DNA from: Oscillospiraceae bacterium
GTDB lineage: Bacteria > Bacillota > Clostridia > Oscillospirales > Ruminococcaceae
Direction: 5' to 3'
Assembly (NCBI GenBank): GCA_045541475.1
Contig: JAZQJI010000034.1
Span: 3,088 to 67,087, forward strand
Length of the DNA stretch: 64,000 bases
Part shown: positions 1-8,560 of the stretch, piece after piece
Layout: the number at the start of each line of letters is the position of its first letter
Position numbering within the stretch: position 1 is the stretch's first letter
The notes under the pieces: model-generated
Databases searched by the model: none
What the model was told of the DNA's origin: nothing
The model's input: the letters and a program-made list of their open reading frames with translations, nothing else
Position numbers and translations under genes: made by a program

Positions 1-752
1 GAGATATTCGCTATTACGTTTACAATCCGATAAAACATGGCGCCGACCCTTGCGGTCAGTATCCTGTTATGATGTGGCTGCATGGTGCAAGCAACTCACT
101 TATGGAGGAAGGCTGCATAATGTGCTGCGGTGCGGAACAATATGCAAGCGAAAAGTATCAAAAGCAAATGGGCGGTGCATTTATTATTGTGCCGCTTGCA
201 AATGAACAGCGATTAGAGGATGGCACGATTATTGGAACGTGGAGCAAGGAACATTCTGCGCCGATAAAAGCAATTTATGATAAAGTCTGCAATGAATACG
301 CTGAAAATATAAGCAAAAGGTTTGTTATGGGTGCATCATCGGGCGGATACTTTACGTGGCAATTACTTGAAGATTATGGTTCGTATTTTGATGGCGCAAT
401 TCCGATATCTTCCGGATATGTTCCAAGCGACGAGTCGCTTGAAAAGATATCGCAAAGCGGAGTGAATTTGATTATCGCCCACGGCCGACATGATGAAATG
501 GCGATTTTTGATGAGTGCATCGCTGCGCGTATGGAAAAGCTTTTGCAGATGAAAAACTGTATATGTTTCTTTCCAAAGTGGGTTTACAATGGCGATGGTG
601 GTATTTCTTCCGTATTCTACGGATTTGAAATGGGACAGCACTGCATGATAAACTGGATACAGCACAATTTGATGTTTGATAACGGAAAATCAGCAGATGA
701 ACGTTTGCCAAACGGTGTTACGGGTTGGATAAACGATGTTTGCAAAAAATAA
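1..752 (+). CDS. alpha/beta-hydrolase esterase (PHB-depolymerase/feruloyl-esterase-like family), 5'-truncated by window edge
   Basis: Frame 3 is open from the window start (DIRYYVYNPIKHG...PVMMWLHGAS). Nucleophile-elbow-like GASSGG. The pattern YxVYxP...LHG...GxSxG is typical of secreted family esterases. Confidence 0.6.
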   Translation, partial: DIRYYVYNPIKHGADPCGQYPVMMWLHGASNSLMEEGCIMCCGAEQYASEKYQKQMGGAFIIVPLANEQRLEDGTIIGTWSKEHSAPIKAIYDKVCNEYAENISKRFVMGASSGGYFTWQLLEDYGSYFDGAIPISSGYVPSDESLEKISQSGVNLIIAHGRHDEMAIFDECIAARMEKLLQMKNCICFFPKWVYNGDGGISSVFYGFEMGQHCMINWIQHNLMFDNGKSADERLPNGVTGWINDVCKK

Positions 753-790
753 TCAATTGAAAATATCTAAAGATCAGGGGGGGATTTGTT

Positions 791-3181
791 ATGAAAAACA
801 AGATAACGGCATATCTTACAGCGCTGGCAGTTGTTATGTCATCTGCATGCGCTTTTGCCGGGTGCAGTTCGGACAACAAAGAAAACAGCAGCAATTCAAC
901 GGCCTCAACTTCGTCAGCGGTAACGCAGGAACAACAATCGCAATTATCCGAGCCGGAGCAGTCTGAGAGCGCACCTGATGGTCAGTCGCAGATATCGGAC
1001 GGCGATTATCCGCTTGAGGAATACGTTGCACTTTCCGAAGACGAGCTTCTTGCAGACCGCGGCGGAACAAAACCCGAAGAGAACTACAACAAATTGCAGG
1101 ATATTGTGCTGATTGGCGAAGGGGTTATCAGCAGTTCTATAAATTTTGGTTCGGTTGATATGTCGCAAGCTTGCGGTGAATATGGTTCTGTTGCGGTGCC
1201 GAGCAATTACGGTATGCTTGTTTTGCGCAATTGGAATACAACCGATTTATCGGCATATATCGAAAACGGCGAGCTTGTTTTTTCGGTTAAGGGCGAGAGT
1301 GGCGGCGAGGATTTTCCCATCGGCTTGCAGGATTGCCACCAAGAGACAAACAGAGCAGAGGAGTCTGTCCGCTCGTACAAAAACGTTTCTGAATATTGTG
1401 CAATTACAACTCAGTGGCAAGAAGTAAGGATACCGTTGAAAGATTATTTTACCGCAGATAATGGCCTTGATGCTACCTGTCTTTACACTGTATGCACCGG
1501 TCAGACGAGCGGCAACGTGCGTATTGCAAACGTGAGGATAGTATCTGACGATACCGAAAGCGTAACACCGCAAATCAAGGTAAACCAACTTGGATATCAT
1601 GAAAATGCGGATAAATACGCAATTGTAAGCGGATTTTACGAAACGCTTGATTGTTCCACACAGACGCAGTTTAGATTGATAGATGCCGAAACTCAAACCG
1701 CTGTATATTCGGGACATCTTGAATTTATTTCGGCTTTTGATGAAGATTATTCGGGCGAAACCGTATATAGAGCGGATTTCAGCGATTTTACAACCCCCGG
1801 CACTTATTACATAACCTTGAATACGCCGCAATCCGAGCCTTCGGTAAGTTTTCAGATAAGTAACAATCTGTATACAAGATTGCTTGGCGATGCGTGTAAG
1901 TATTATTACTATCAACGGGCAAATGTTGAATTGACGGAAGAATTTGCAGGCGAATTTGCAAGAGAGCCGCTCTATCCTGATGATTTTACGCAAGTATTTT
2001 TATCTGACAGCACCAAAACAAAGGACGTTTCAGGTGGTTGGTTTGATGCGGGTGATTTTGGCAAGTATATAGATCCTGGCGTAGAAGCTGTAACAACTCT
2101 GCTGTGGGCCTATAAGGAATTTCCTAATGCTTTTACAGATGGACTTGCGAATATTCCTGAAAGCGATAACGATATTCCTGATATTCTTGATGAAATCAAG
2201 GTTGAACTTGACTTTTTCCTTAAAATGCAGGATGTAGACGGCGGATTTTATCACAGAGTGCAGGAGCAGGACGGTGCCAGAACTATTGTTGACAGCTTTA
2301 CTGACGGTGACGGCGGCAATGTAAAATCAACGGGAACAACTGCAAACGCAGTTGCCGCACTAAGTTTCGCTTCAACTATATACGCTGAATTTGATGCTGA
2401 CTATGCACAGACGTTGCTTGACGCAGCCGTTGCAGGCTGGGATTATATTTGCGAAAATCCCGATATTACATCAACAGGTACTTATGGTTCTGAAGAAACT
2501 TTGCCGCAGACATTTTTAGCGGCAAGCCACCTTTATTATGCAACGGGCGAGGAAGAATATCACCAATATATTAAAGATAATTACACACTGCATCAGAAAG
2601 CGGCATACAACAACTACCATTTTTCGCACGGAACAGAAATGGCATACGTTGCCTATCTTGCTTCAGAAAATACCGACGCTGAAATTGTGGAGTGGATTTC
2701 TTCAAATTTTGCAGGTTGGAAGAACGTGATGCTTTCAAACGCAAATAATAACGAATGGAAAACCGCACTGCCTGATTGGGCGCTTTGGTGGGGCAGCAGC
2801 AGTAATGCGCACGCTGTTGGCATGGAAATGTATCTGCATTGCAAATATCTTGGGTTGGATACAACCGAAGCCGAAACGCTTATGGAACAGACGTTAAGCT
2901 TTATACTGGGTATAAATCCGCAGGGTTTATCAATGGTAACGGGCATTGGCGAAAATTGCATTGAACGCACCTTTAGCGGAATTTTTGGTGAGGACGGCAT
3001 TGAAAATTACCCTGTTGGCTATACCTCGGGCGGTATAAATATGTACGATGGAGGGATTATATCTCGTTTTCCCGGCAAATGTTTTACCGATACCAAAATA
3101 GATTGGGTTACAAACGAAAACGCAATCTATTATCAAGCTGCGATGATTTTCCCGATAGCTGCGCAGGCGAGCGCTCAATAA
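791..3181 (+). CDS. glycoside hydrolase family 9 endoglucanase with N-terminal Ig-like domain; lipoprotein signal, no dockerin
   Basis: Lipobox AFAG-C after a hydrophobic N-terminus. GH9 signature GGWFDAGDFGKY (DAGD catalytic pair). Ser/Gln-rich linker. RBS GGGGGG 6 nt upstream of ATG. Confidence 0.8.
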   Translation: MKNKITAYLTALAVVMSSACAFAGCSSDNKENSSNSTASTSSAVTQEQQSQLSEPEQSESAPDGQSQISDGDYPLEEYVALSEDELLADRGGTKPEENYNKLQDIVLIGEGVISSSINFGSVDMSQACGEYGSVAVPSNYGMLVLRNWNTTDLSAYIENGELVFSVKGESGGEDFPIGLQDCHQETNRAEESVRSYKNVSEYCAITTQWQEVRIPLKDYFTADNGLDATCLYTVCTGQTSGNVRIANVRIVSDDTESVTPQIKVNQLGYHENADKYAIVSGFYETLDCSTQTQFRLIDAETQTAVYSGHLEFISAFDEDYSGETVYRADFSDFTTPGTYYITLNTPQSEPSVSFQISNNLYTRLLGDACKYYYYQRANVELTEEFAGEFAREPLYPDDFTQVFLSDSTKTKDVSGGWFDAGDFGKYIDPGVEAVTTLLWAYKEFPNAFTDGLANIPESDNDIPDILDEIKVELDFFLKMQDVDGGFYHRVQEQDGARTIVDSFTDGDGGNVKSTGTTANAVAALSFASTIYAEFDADYAQTLLDAAVAGWDYICENPDITSTGTYGSEETLPQTFLAASHLYYATGEEEYHQYIKDNYTLHQKAAYNNYHFSHGTEMAYVAYLASENTDAEIVEWISSNFAGWKNVMLSNANNNEWKTALPDWALWWGSSSNAHAVGMEMYLHCKYLGLDTTEAETLMEQTLSFILGINPQGLSMVTGIGENCIERTFSGIFGEDGIENYPVGYTSGGINMYDGGIISRFPGKCFTDTKIDWVTNENAIYYQAAMIFPIAAQASAQ

Positions 3182-3197
3182 AGAAAAGAAAAAATTA

Positions 3198-3229
3198 CAG
3201 CCGTGAAGGTTAAACCCTTCACGGCTGTT
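3198..3229. terminator. bidirectional rho-independent terminator between convergent GH9 and metK
   Basis: Inverted repeat cagccgtgaagg-gttaaa-ccttcacggctg flanked by A/T runs. Confidence 0.7.
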
Positions 3230-3244
3230 CGTGTTCGTTGCGTT

Positions 3245-4435
3245 TTATATAACTGAGTTTACAGCTTCTTTAAGCTGTGCGGCCTTGTCAGTCTTTTCCC
3301 ACGGGATATCAAGATCTGTTCTGCCCATGTGGCCGTAAGCGGCAAGGGGCTTGTACTTAACCTTGCGCAATTTCAAATCTTCAATGATTGAAGCAGGACG
3401 GAAATCGAAAACCTTTTTAACTGCCTGCTCAAGAATATCATCGCTGACCTTGCCTGTACCAAAGGTGTTTACGTGAATGGAAACGGGCTGTGCCACGCCG
3501 ATGGCATAAGCAATCTGAATTTCGCATTTTCTTGCAAATCCTGATGCAACAACGTTCTTTGCGGCATATCTTGCGGCATAAGCAGCGCTTCTGTCAACCT
3601 TGGTCGGATCCTTGCCGGAGAAAGCACCGCCGCCATGACGTGCATATCCACCGTAGGTATCAACAATGATTTTTCTGCCGGTAAGTCCGCTGTCACCCTG
3701 AGGTCCGCCAATAACAAAACGACCTGTGGGGTTTACATAAATAGTTGTGCCATCGTCAAGCAAATTTTCAGGAACAATGGGCTTAATAACATGCTCAATA
3801 ATGTCTTTTCTGATCTGGTCAAGCTCAATTTCGGGTTCGTGCTGAGTTGAAACAACGATTGTATCAATTCTAACCGGCTCGCCGTTTTCATATTCAACAG
3901 TAACCTGAGTTTTGCCATCGGGACGAAGATATGCAACTGTTCCGTCTTTTCTTATGTCAGCAAGACGCTTTGAAAGCTTGTGCGCCAATGATGCTGTAAG
4001 CGGCATAAGTTCTTCGGTTTCATCACAGGCATAGCCAAACATCATGCCCTGGTCGCCCGCACCGATAAGAGCGCGCTCGTCTTCTTCGCCGTTTTTAAAT
4101 TCAAAAGCTTCGCTTACGCCCATTGAAATATCGCCCGATTGCTCGTCAATGCTCTGCAAAACAGCGCAAGTGTGGCCGTTAAAGCCAATCTTTTCGCTGC
4201 AATAGCCTGCACCTACAATAACTTCCCTTGCAATTCTTGCAATATCAACCTGTGCGTTAGATGTAATTTCGCCCATGCACATAACCATGCCCGTTGTACA
4301 AACGGTTTCGCAAGCAACGCGAGAAAACTCGTCCTGCTCCAAATATGCATCAAGCACTGCGTCTGAAATCTGATCGCAAAGCTTATCGGGATGTCCCTCG
4401 GTTACGCTTTCCGATGTAAAAAAAGTTCTGCTCAT
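3245..4435 (-). CDS. metK: S-adenosylmethionine synthetase
   Basis: N-terminus [23 protein letters not shown] and full-length MetK motifs ([16 protein letters not shown]). Confidence 0.95.
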   Translation of the reverse strand: MSRTFFTSESVTEGHPDKLCDQISDAVLDAYLEQDEFSRVACETVCTTGMVMCMGEITSNAQVDIARIAREVIVGAGYCSEKIGFNGHTCAVLQSIDEQSGDISMGVSEAFEFKNGEEDERALIGAGDQGMMFGYACDETEELMPLTASLAHKLSKRLADIRKDGTVAYLRPDGKTQVTVEYENGEPVRIDTIVVSTQHEPEIELDQIRKDIIEHVIKPIVPENLLDDGTTIYVNPTGRFVIGGPQGDSGLTGRKIIVDTYGGYARHGGGAFSGKDPTKVDRSAAYAARYAAKNVVASGFARKCEIQIAYAIGVAQPVSIHVNTFGTGKVSDDILEQAVKKVFDFRPASIIEDLKLRKVKYKPLAAYGHMGRTDLDIPWEKTDKAAQLKEAVNSVI

Positions 4436-4480
4436 TATTTATCAATCCTTTGTGTTTAATTTTCAAAATATAATATGTGT

Positions 4481-4506
4481 GTGCAAAAAATCACACACAT
4501 AAATTA
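4481..4506 (-). terminator. terminator downstream of pflX-like gene, overlapping metK promoter region
   Basis: Hairpin atgtgtgtg-aaaaaat-cacacacat. On the minus strand it is followed by a U-rich tract. Confidence 0.55.
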
Positions 4507-4541
4507 TTATATCAGATATCTTTTGAAATTGCAATAGTTTT
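4507..4541 (-). promoter_or_regulatory. sigma-A type promoter for metK (TTGCAA-17-TATAAT on minus strand)
   Basis: Reverse complement reads TTGCAAtttcaaaagatatctgaTATAAT about 70 nt upstream of the metK ATG. The leader is too short for a riboswitch. Confidence 0.5.
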
Positions 4542-4546
4542 ATCGC

Positions 4547-5410
4547 TTAAAATTGCGGTGTCATATCAAGCGTTGCCGATGCTCTTTCCTGAATATATCC
4601 TGCAAGACCAAAATCAGTTGCCGCCGTTACCACTTTTTCGTATTCAAGCGTAAACACCTTGCGATTAATTTCGGGATATTCATGTGCATTGTGGCATGGT
4701 ACGTATTGGCTCATCAGACTGATGTAAAATCCGTTTTTATCTAAATTTTCTTTAAGCCAGCGCATAATTTCAATGCTTTCCTTATACATTTTCGGCAAAA
4801 CAAGATGACGCACTATCAAGCCTTTTTTCAGCACTTCGCCATCAAAATACATTTGCTTTGTCTGTCTGTGCATTTCAAGAATTGCATTTTGTGCAATTTC
4901 GGGATAATCAGCGGCGGTGCAGTACCTTTGCGCAGTTTGCGGATAGAAATATTTAAAGTCCGGCAGATAAATCTGCACAAGACCATCAAGCATTTTCAAA
5001 GTTTCCATGCTTTCGTATCCGCCGCAGTTGTAAACAACGGGTATATTCAGCTTTGCAATTTCAAGCGCTTTTGCGATTTTGTGCGAAAAATGCGTCGGCG
5101 TTACAAGATTTATGTTTTGTGCGCCCATATCTTCAAGCTTTAGGAATAAATCGGCAAGCTCTTTTACTGTATATTCTGTACCGATTTTCTCGTCATTCTG
5201 GCTGATTTTGTAATTCTGACAGAATGGACAGCGCATATTACAGCCTGCAAAAAACACCGCCCCCGAGCCTTTTTCTGTGCTGATGCAAGGTTCTTCGCCA
5301 AAATGCAGCATATATTTTGCAACTGTGGGCAATTCACCTTGGCGGCAAAAGCCAAAGCTGGTTTTTCTGTCGGTTTTGCATTTGCGAGGGCATTGTGTGC
5401 ATACATTCAT
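4547..5410 (-). CDS. radical SAM protein, PflX-like (pyruvate formate-lyase activating enzyme homolog, COG1313)
   Basis: CNMRCPFCQN CxxxCxxC cluster, about 290 aa. Start moved to the internal ATG (MNVCTQC) preceded by GAAAGGCG. The track ORF begins with TTG. Confidence 0.7.
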   Translation of the reverse strand: MNVCTQCPRKCKTDRKTSFGFCRQGELPTVAKYMLHFGEEPCISTEKGSGAVFFAGCNMRCPFCQNYKISQNDEKIGTEYTVKELADLFLKLEDMGAQNINLVTPTHFSHKIAKALEIAKLNIPVVYNCGGYESMETLKMLDGLVQIYLPDFKYFYPQTAQRYCTAADYPEIAQNAILEMHRQTKQMYFDGEVLKKGLIVRHLVLPKMYKESIEIMRWLKENLDKNGFYISLMSQYVPCHNAHEYPEINRKVFTLEYEKVVTAATDFGLAGYIQERASATLDMTPQF

Positions 5411-5438
5411 ATAAATAACAGCGCCTTTCAAAAAAACA

Positions 5439-5467
5439 TTGATAATTTAAAATGTTTGTGCTATAAT
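5439..5467 (+). promoter_or_regulatory. sigma-A promoter TTGATA-17-TATAAT for membrane protein gene
   Basis: ttgataatttaaaatgtttgtgctataat, about 45 nt upstream of the ATG at 5516. Confidence 0.55.
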
Positions 5468-5515
5468 CTTTCAAAACAAAGCATTTGCTGATAAAACAAG
5501 GGGGGCAAAACATTC

Positions 5516-6385
5516 ATGAGCGTTAGCTTTGCACAGCTGTTGATGTACTTTTTTATTTATGCATTTGTAGGGTGGGCGATTGAAGTGGTTTTTCACACCG
5601 TAACAAAAGGCACTTTTGTTAACCGAGGTTTTTTAAACGGTCCGTGGTGCCCTATATATGGGGTATCGTTTGCGGTTATAATCATGCTGTTAACACCCTT
5701 GCAGGAAAATTTAGCGATACTTTTCTGTGGTTCTTTTGTTCTGGCAACGGCAATGGAATTTGTAACAGGCTTTGTGCTTGAAAAAATCTTTAACGACAAA
5801 TGGTGGGATTATTCCAACGAGCCGTTTAACATAAAGGGCTATGTATGCCTAAAATTTTCGCTGATGTGGGGTTTGGCGTGTACCTTTGTAATGCGCATTA
5901 TTCATCCGCTTATTTCGGCTTTGGTGGTTAATATGCCTGATTTTGTGCTAAATCTTTCCGATTGTATTTTAGCCGTTGCATTTATTGGTGACTTAACCTT
6001 TACGGTAGTCGCTATCAGAAATCTGCGTTACAAGGTTAAAATTTCAAGAGAAATTGCTGAAAGGCTTAAATACATATCCGACCATATCGGCGAGGATATT
6101 TCCGACGCTACCGTTAATGTTATGGAAAAAACCATGGTAATACAAGAAGATATCGCTTTTTCCAAAATAAAGCACAAAGAACGCAGGGAAGAACTAAAAT
6201 TAAAATTCAATGCCGAACTTGAAGAACTTAAAGAAAAATATCAGATATATCTTGATAAGCGTAGTTTCACGCAAAAGCGTCTTGATAAAGCTTTCCCTCG
6301 TCTTGATTTTGAACACCGAAATGAAAACGGTGAAACGTTGAAAGATAGAATAAAACAAGCGATAGAAAGCTACAAAAACAAGTAA
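5516..6385 (+). CDS. membrane protein, putative ABC-transporter type IV family (DUF1113-like) with C-terminal coiled-coil
   Basis: FIYAFVGWAIEVVFH...GFLNGPWCPIYG motif characteristic of PF06541. Multiple TM segments. Charged helical tail. Confidence 0.6.
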   Translation: MSVSFAQLLMYFFIYAFVGWAIEVVFHTVTKGTFVNRGFLNGPWCPIYGVSFAVIIMLLTPLQENLAILFCGSFVLATAMEFVTGFVLEKIFNDKWWDYSNEPFNIKGYVCLKFSLMWGLACTFVMRIIHPLISALVVNMPDFVLNLSDCILAVAFIGDLTFTVVAIRNLRYKVKISREIAERLKYISDHIGEDISDATVNVMEKTMVIQEDIAFSKIKHKERREELKLKFNAELEELKEKYQIYLDKRSFTQKRLDKAFPRLDFEHRNENGETLKDRIKQAIESYKNK

Positions 6386-6405
6386 AAATCTTTATGCAAA
6401 ACAAT

Positions 6406-6447
6406 CCGCCTGCCGTACCTTAATGGGTATGACAGGCGGTGTTTTTT
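6406..6447. terminator. rho-independent terminator between convergent genes
   Basis: ccgcctgccgtacc...ggtatgacaggcgg followed by tgtttttt. Confidence 0.7.
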
Positions 6448-6454
6448 AGCGATT

Positions 6455-7585
6455 TTAGTCCGTTATACCAAGGCTCTGCCAAACCTCTCTGTAAATCTGC
6501 GCTTCGCTTGTGCCTGCGGGATAGTTTACCGAAAGGCTTGAGTAGTTTGCAACAAGTGCGGCATCGCGGGTATCAATACAGCCAACACTTGCCGAATCCT
6601 TTACAATTGCATCGCCGTTAACGTTTGCAAGTGTTTTTGCCATTGCATCGTTGCTCTCGTTAAGAACAACATCGCCGCCGGTTGATGTTGAAAGTCGGCT
6701 TTGATAGCTCGCAATAAGTGCAGCGTCACGGGTATCAACAGTGCCGTCAAGGTTTGCGTCGCCGCGCACGCCCATTTCAAGTGTCATCATGTCGCCTATC
6801 TGATAGGTTGTCTGCCCGGGATTTGACCAGTAAATATCAAAAGGTGAGCAACCTTCAACCCCGTCAAGAGTTGTATCAACGTTATTATCAGTTATATATG
6901 CATCAAGAATATCAGCGCTTTCGCCAAGGTCAATTGCGTTTGTATCATCAGCGCTGCCTGCAACGGTTATAAATGCGTTGTGCTTAATGGTGCAGTTCAG
7001 CGGAACTTCCTGGGAACCGTCCTTGTATCCGAAAAGTTCGATTTCAAGCGGAATTGCATAGCAGCCTGCGGGTGTGTTGTGTGCAACGTGAAAATTAAGC
7101 GTTGTGATAATGCCACTTGAAATATTCATGTTGGTGGATATTGAGTTGATTATAACAATCGGGTCTTCCATTTCGTAAACGGCTTTGGGGTTGGTAACAA
7201 CCTTAAGCATACCCGTTTTTAATGCACCTGAATAAAACTCGTCCTCGTTATAGCTGAGGTATGTAAAATATTCGCTGTCAAAGTCAATATTCATCTGAAA
7301 AACCTGAAAAGCTTCGGTTGTGTTTTCAAGATAAATGCTAACCTGTGCAATATCGCCGTAAAGGGTGTTGCCGTTTGCGTCTGTTACAGTTGCATATTCG
7401 GAAGAACCGTTTAAAACAGTACCCGTTAAATTTGCGGTTGCAGGGTGCACTAAATCGGCTGTGCCGTAAATTTTTGCGCCTATTGCCTCATCGGCAGCAA
7501 CGGTGTTTATGCCAACGTGCGATGTAAACGCACCAAGGCAAAGTGCAAACGACAATGCGCCTGATAAAATCCTTTTTTTAAACAT
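6455..7585 (-). CDS. secreted cohesin-dockerin protein (ScaC-like adaptor scaffoldin: signal peptide + one cohesin + C-terminal dockerin)
   Basis: Signal peptide MFKKRILSGALSFALCLGAFTS. Cohesin-like beta-sandwich pattern (FQVFQMNIDFDSEYFTYLS...GIITTLNFHVAHNTPAGCYAIPLEIELFGY). Two dockerin Ca-binding repeats (DANLDGTVDTRDAALI; NVNGDAIV...DTRDAALVANY). Start set to the ATG after RBS GTGAGGAAA. Confidence 0.7.
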   Translation of the reverse strand: MFKKRILSGALSFALCLGAFTSHVGINTVAADEAIGAKIYGTADLVHPATANLTGTVLNGSSEYATVTDANGNTLYGDIAQVSIYLENTTEAFQVFQMNIDFDSEYFTYLSYNEDEFYSGALKTGMLKVVTNPKAVYEMEDPIVIINSISTNMNISSGIITTLNFHVAHNTPAGCYAIPLEIELFGYKDGSQEVPLNCTIKHNAFITVAGSADDTNAIDLGESADILDAYITDNNVDTTLDGVEGCSPFDIYWSNPGQTTYQIGDMMTLEMGVRGDANLDGTVDTRDAALIASYQSRLSTSTGGDVVLNESNDAMAKTLANVNGDAIVKDSASVGCIDTRDAALVANYSSLSVNYPAGTSEAQIYREVWQSLGITD

Positions 7586-7738
7586 TATGTATTTCCTCAC
7601 TTTGATTTTTTATATTGATAATTTTTGTGCTCAAAAACAATAATAACATAAAATGATTATGATTTCAAGGTTTTGCATAAATTTCCTGATTTATTTTGTG
7701 TAAAGTGACAAATTTAAAAAAAAGCAAAAAAGATATTG

Positions 7739-7766
7739 ACAAAGCTATAATGTGTGTTATAATAGT
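7739..7766 (+). promoter_or_regulatory. sigma-A promoter for nrdG-nrdD-trxB (TTGACA-16-TGnTATAAT)
   Basis: ttgacaaagctataatgtgtgtTATAAT with extended -10 TGT. Confidence 0.6.
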
Positions 7767-7788
7767 AATACACGAATTATTGTGTTTG
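7742..7788 (+). promoter_or_regulatory. candidate tandem NrdR boxes overlapping nrd promoter
   Basis: acacgaattattgtgt (7773..7788) fits the 16-bp NrdR palindrome acaCwAtATaTwGtgt. A weaker copy acaaagctataatgtgt (7742..7758) lies about 31 bp upstream, the spacing usual for NrdR box pairs. Confidence 0.4.
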
Positions 7789-7835
7789 ATTTTTTATCCA
7801 ATCACTATATCTTGTGTTGCGAGTGAGGAAATGCT

Positions 7836-8528
7836 ATGATAAAGATAGGTGGCTTTCAAAAGCTGACATTGCTTGATTATCCGCGCAAAACAGCGTGTAC
7901 GGTGTTCACTTACGGCTGTAATTTCAGGTGTCCCTTTTGTCACAACGCATTGCTTGTGACGAAAAAATCACAAAACCTGATTGACGCCGATGAGGTTTTT
8001 GCACACTTAGAAAAGCGCCAAGGCGTGCTTGATGGCGTTTGTATAACAGGCGGCGAACCGCTTTTGCAAAACGGATTGTTCGAGTTTATTCAAAAAATCA
8101 AATCAATGGGTTATCTTGTAAAGCTTGATACAAACGGAAGTTTATACCAAAGGCTTGAGGTGCTTATTAAAAGCGGACTTGTTGATTATGTTGCAATGGA
8201 TATAAAGAACTCTCCCAAAAAATACGCAATTACCTGCGGCTTGGCGGATATTGATTTTGAAAGCATTGAAAAATCAAAGAACCTCATTATGCAAAGCGGT
8301 GTGGATTATGAATTTCGCACAACTGCCGTTGCACAGCTGCACAACCCCGATGATTTTGAAAAAATCGGTCAGTTTATCAGCGGTGCAAAGAGATATTATA
8401 TACAAGGCTTTGAAGATTCGGGCAATTTAATTTGCTCGGGACTTTTAGCATTGGATAGCGAAACAATGCAAAAATGTCTTGAAAAAGCGTTAAATTATGT
8501 TCCCGCGGCACAATTGCGGGGAGTTTAA
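7836..8528 (+). CDS. nrdG: anaerobic ribonucleoside-triphosphate reductase activating protein (radical SAM)
   Basis: GGFQKLTLLDYPRKTACTVFTYGCNFRCPFCHN is the canonical NrdG N-terminus. It sits immediately upstream of nrdD. Confidence 0.85.
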   Translation: MIKIGGFQKLTLLDYPRKTACTVFTYGCNFRCPFCHNALLVTKKSQNLIDADEVFAHLEKRQGVLDGVCITGGEPLLQNGLFEFIQKIKSMGYLVKLDTNGSLYQRLEVLIKSGLVDYVAMDIKNSPKKYAITCGLADIDFESIEKSKNLIMQSGVDYEFRTTAVAQLHNPDDFEKIGQFISGAKRYYIQGFEDSGNLICSGLLALDSETMQKCLEKALNYVPAAQLRGV

Positions 8529-8560
8529 TTAAATAAATTAAGAAAGGAATTGAAGAAAAA

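Noticed and set aside
1247-1993. 248-aa antisense ORF inside the GH9 gene
   Set aside because: GH9 motifs are unambiguously on the plus strand. The antisense frame lacks start context.
4436-4546. Possible SAM-I riboswitch upstream of metK
   Set aside because: Spacer is only 111 nt and lacks the S-box conserved helices. The hairpin present is the pflX terminator.
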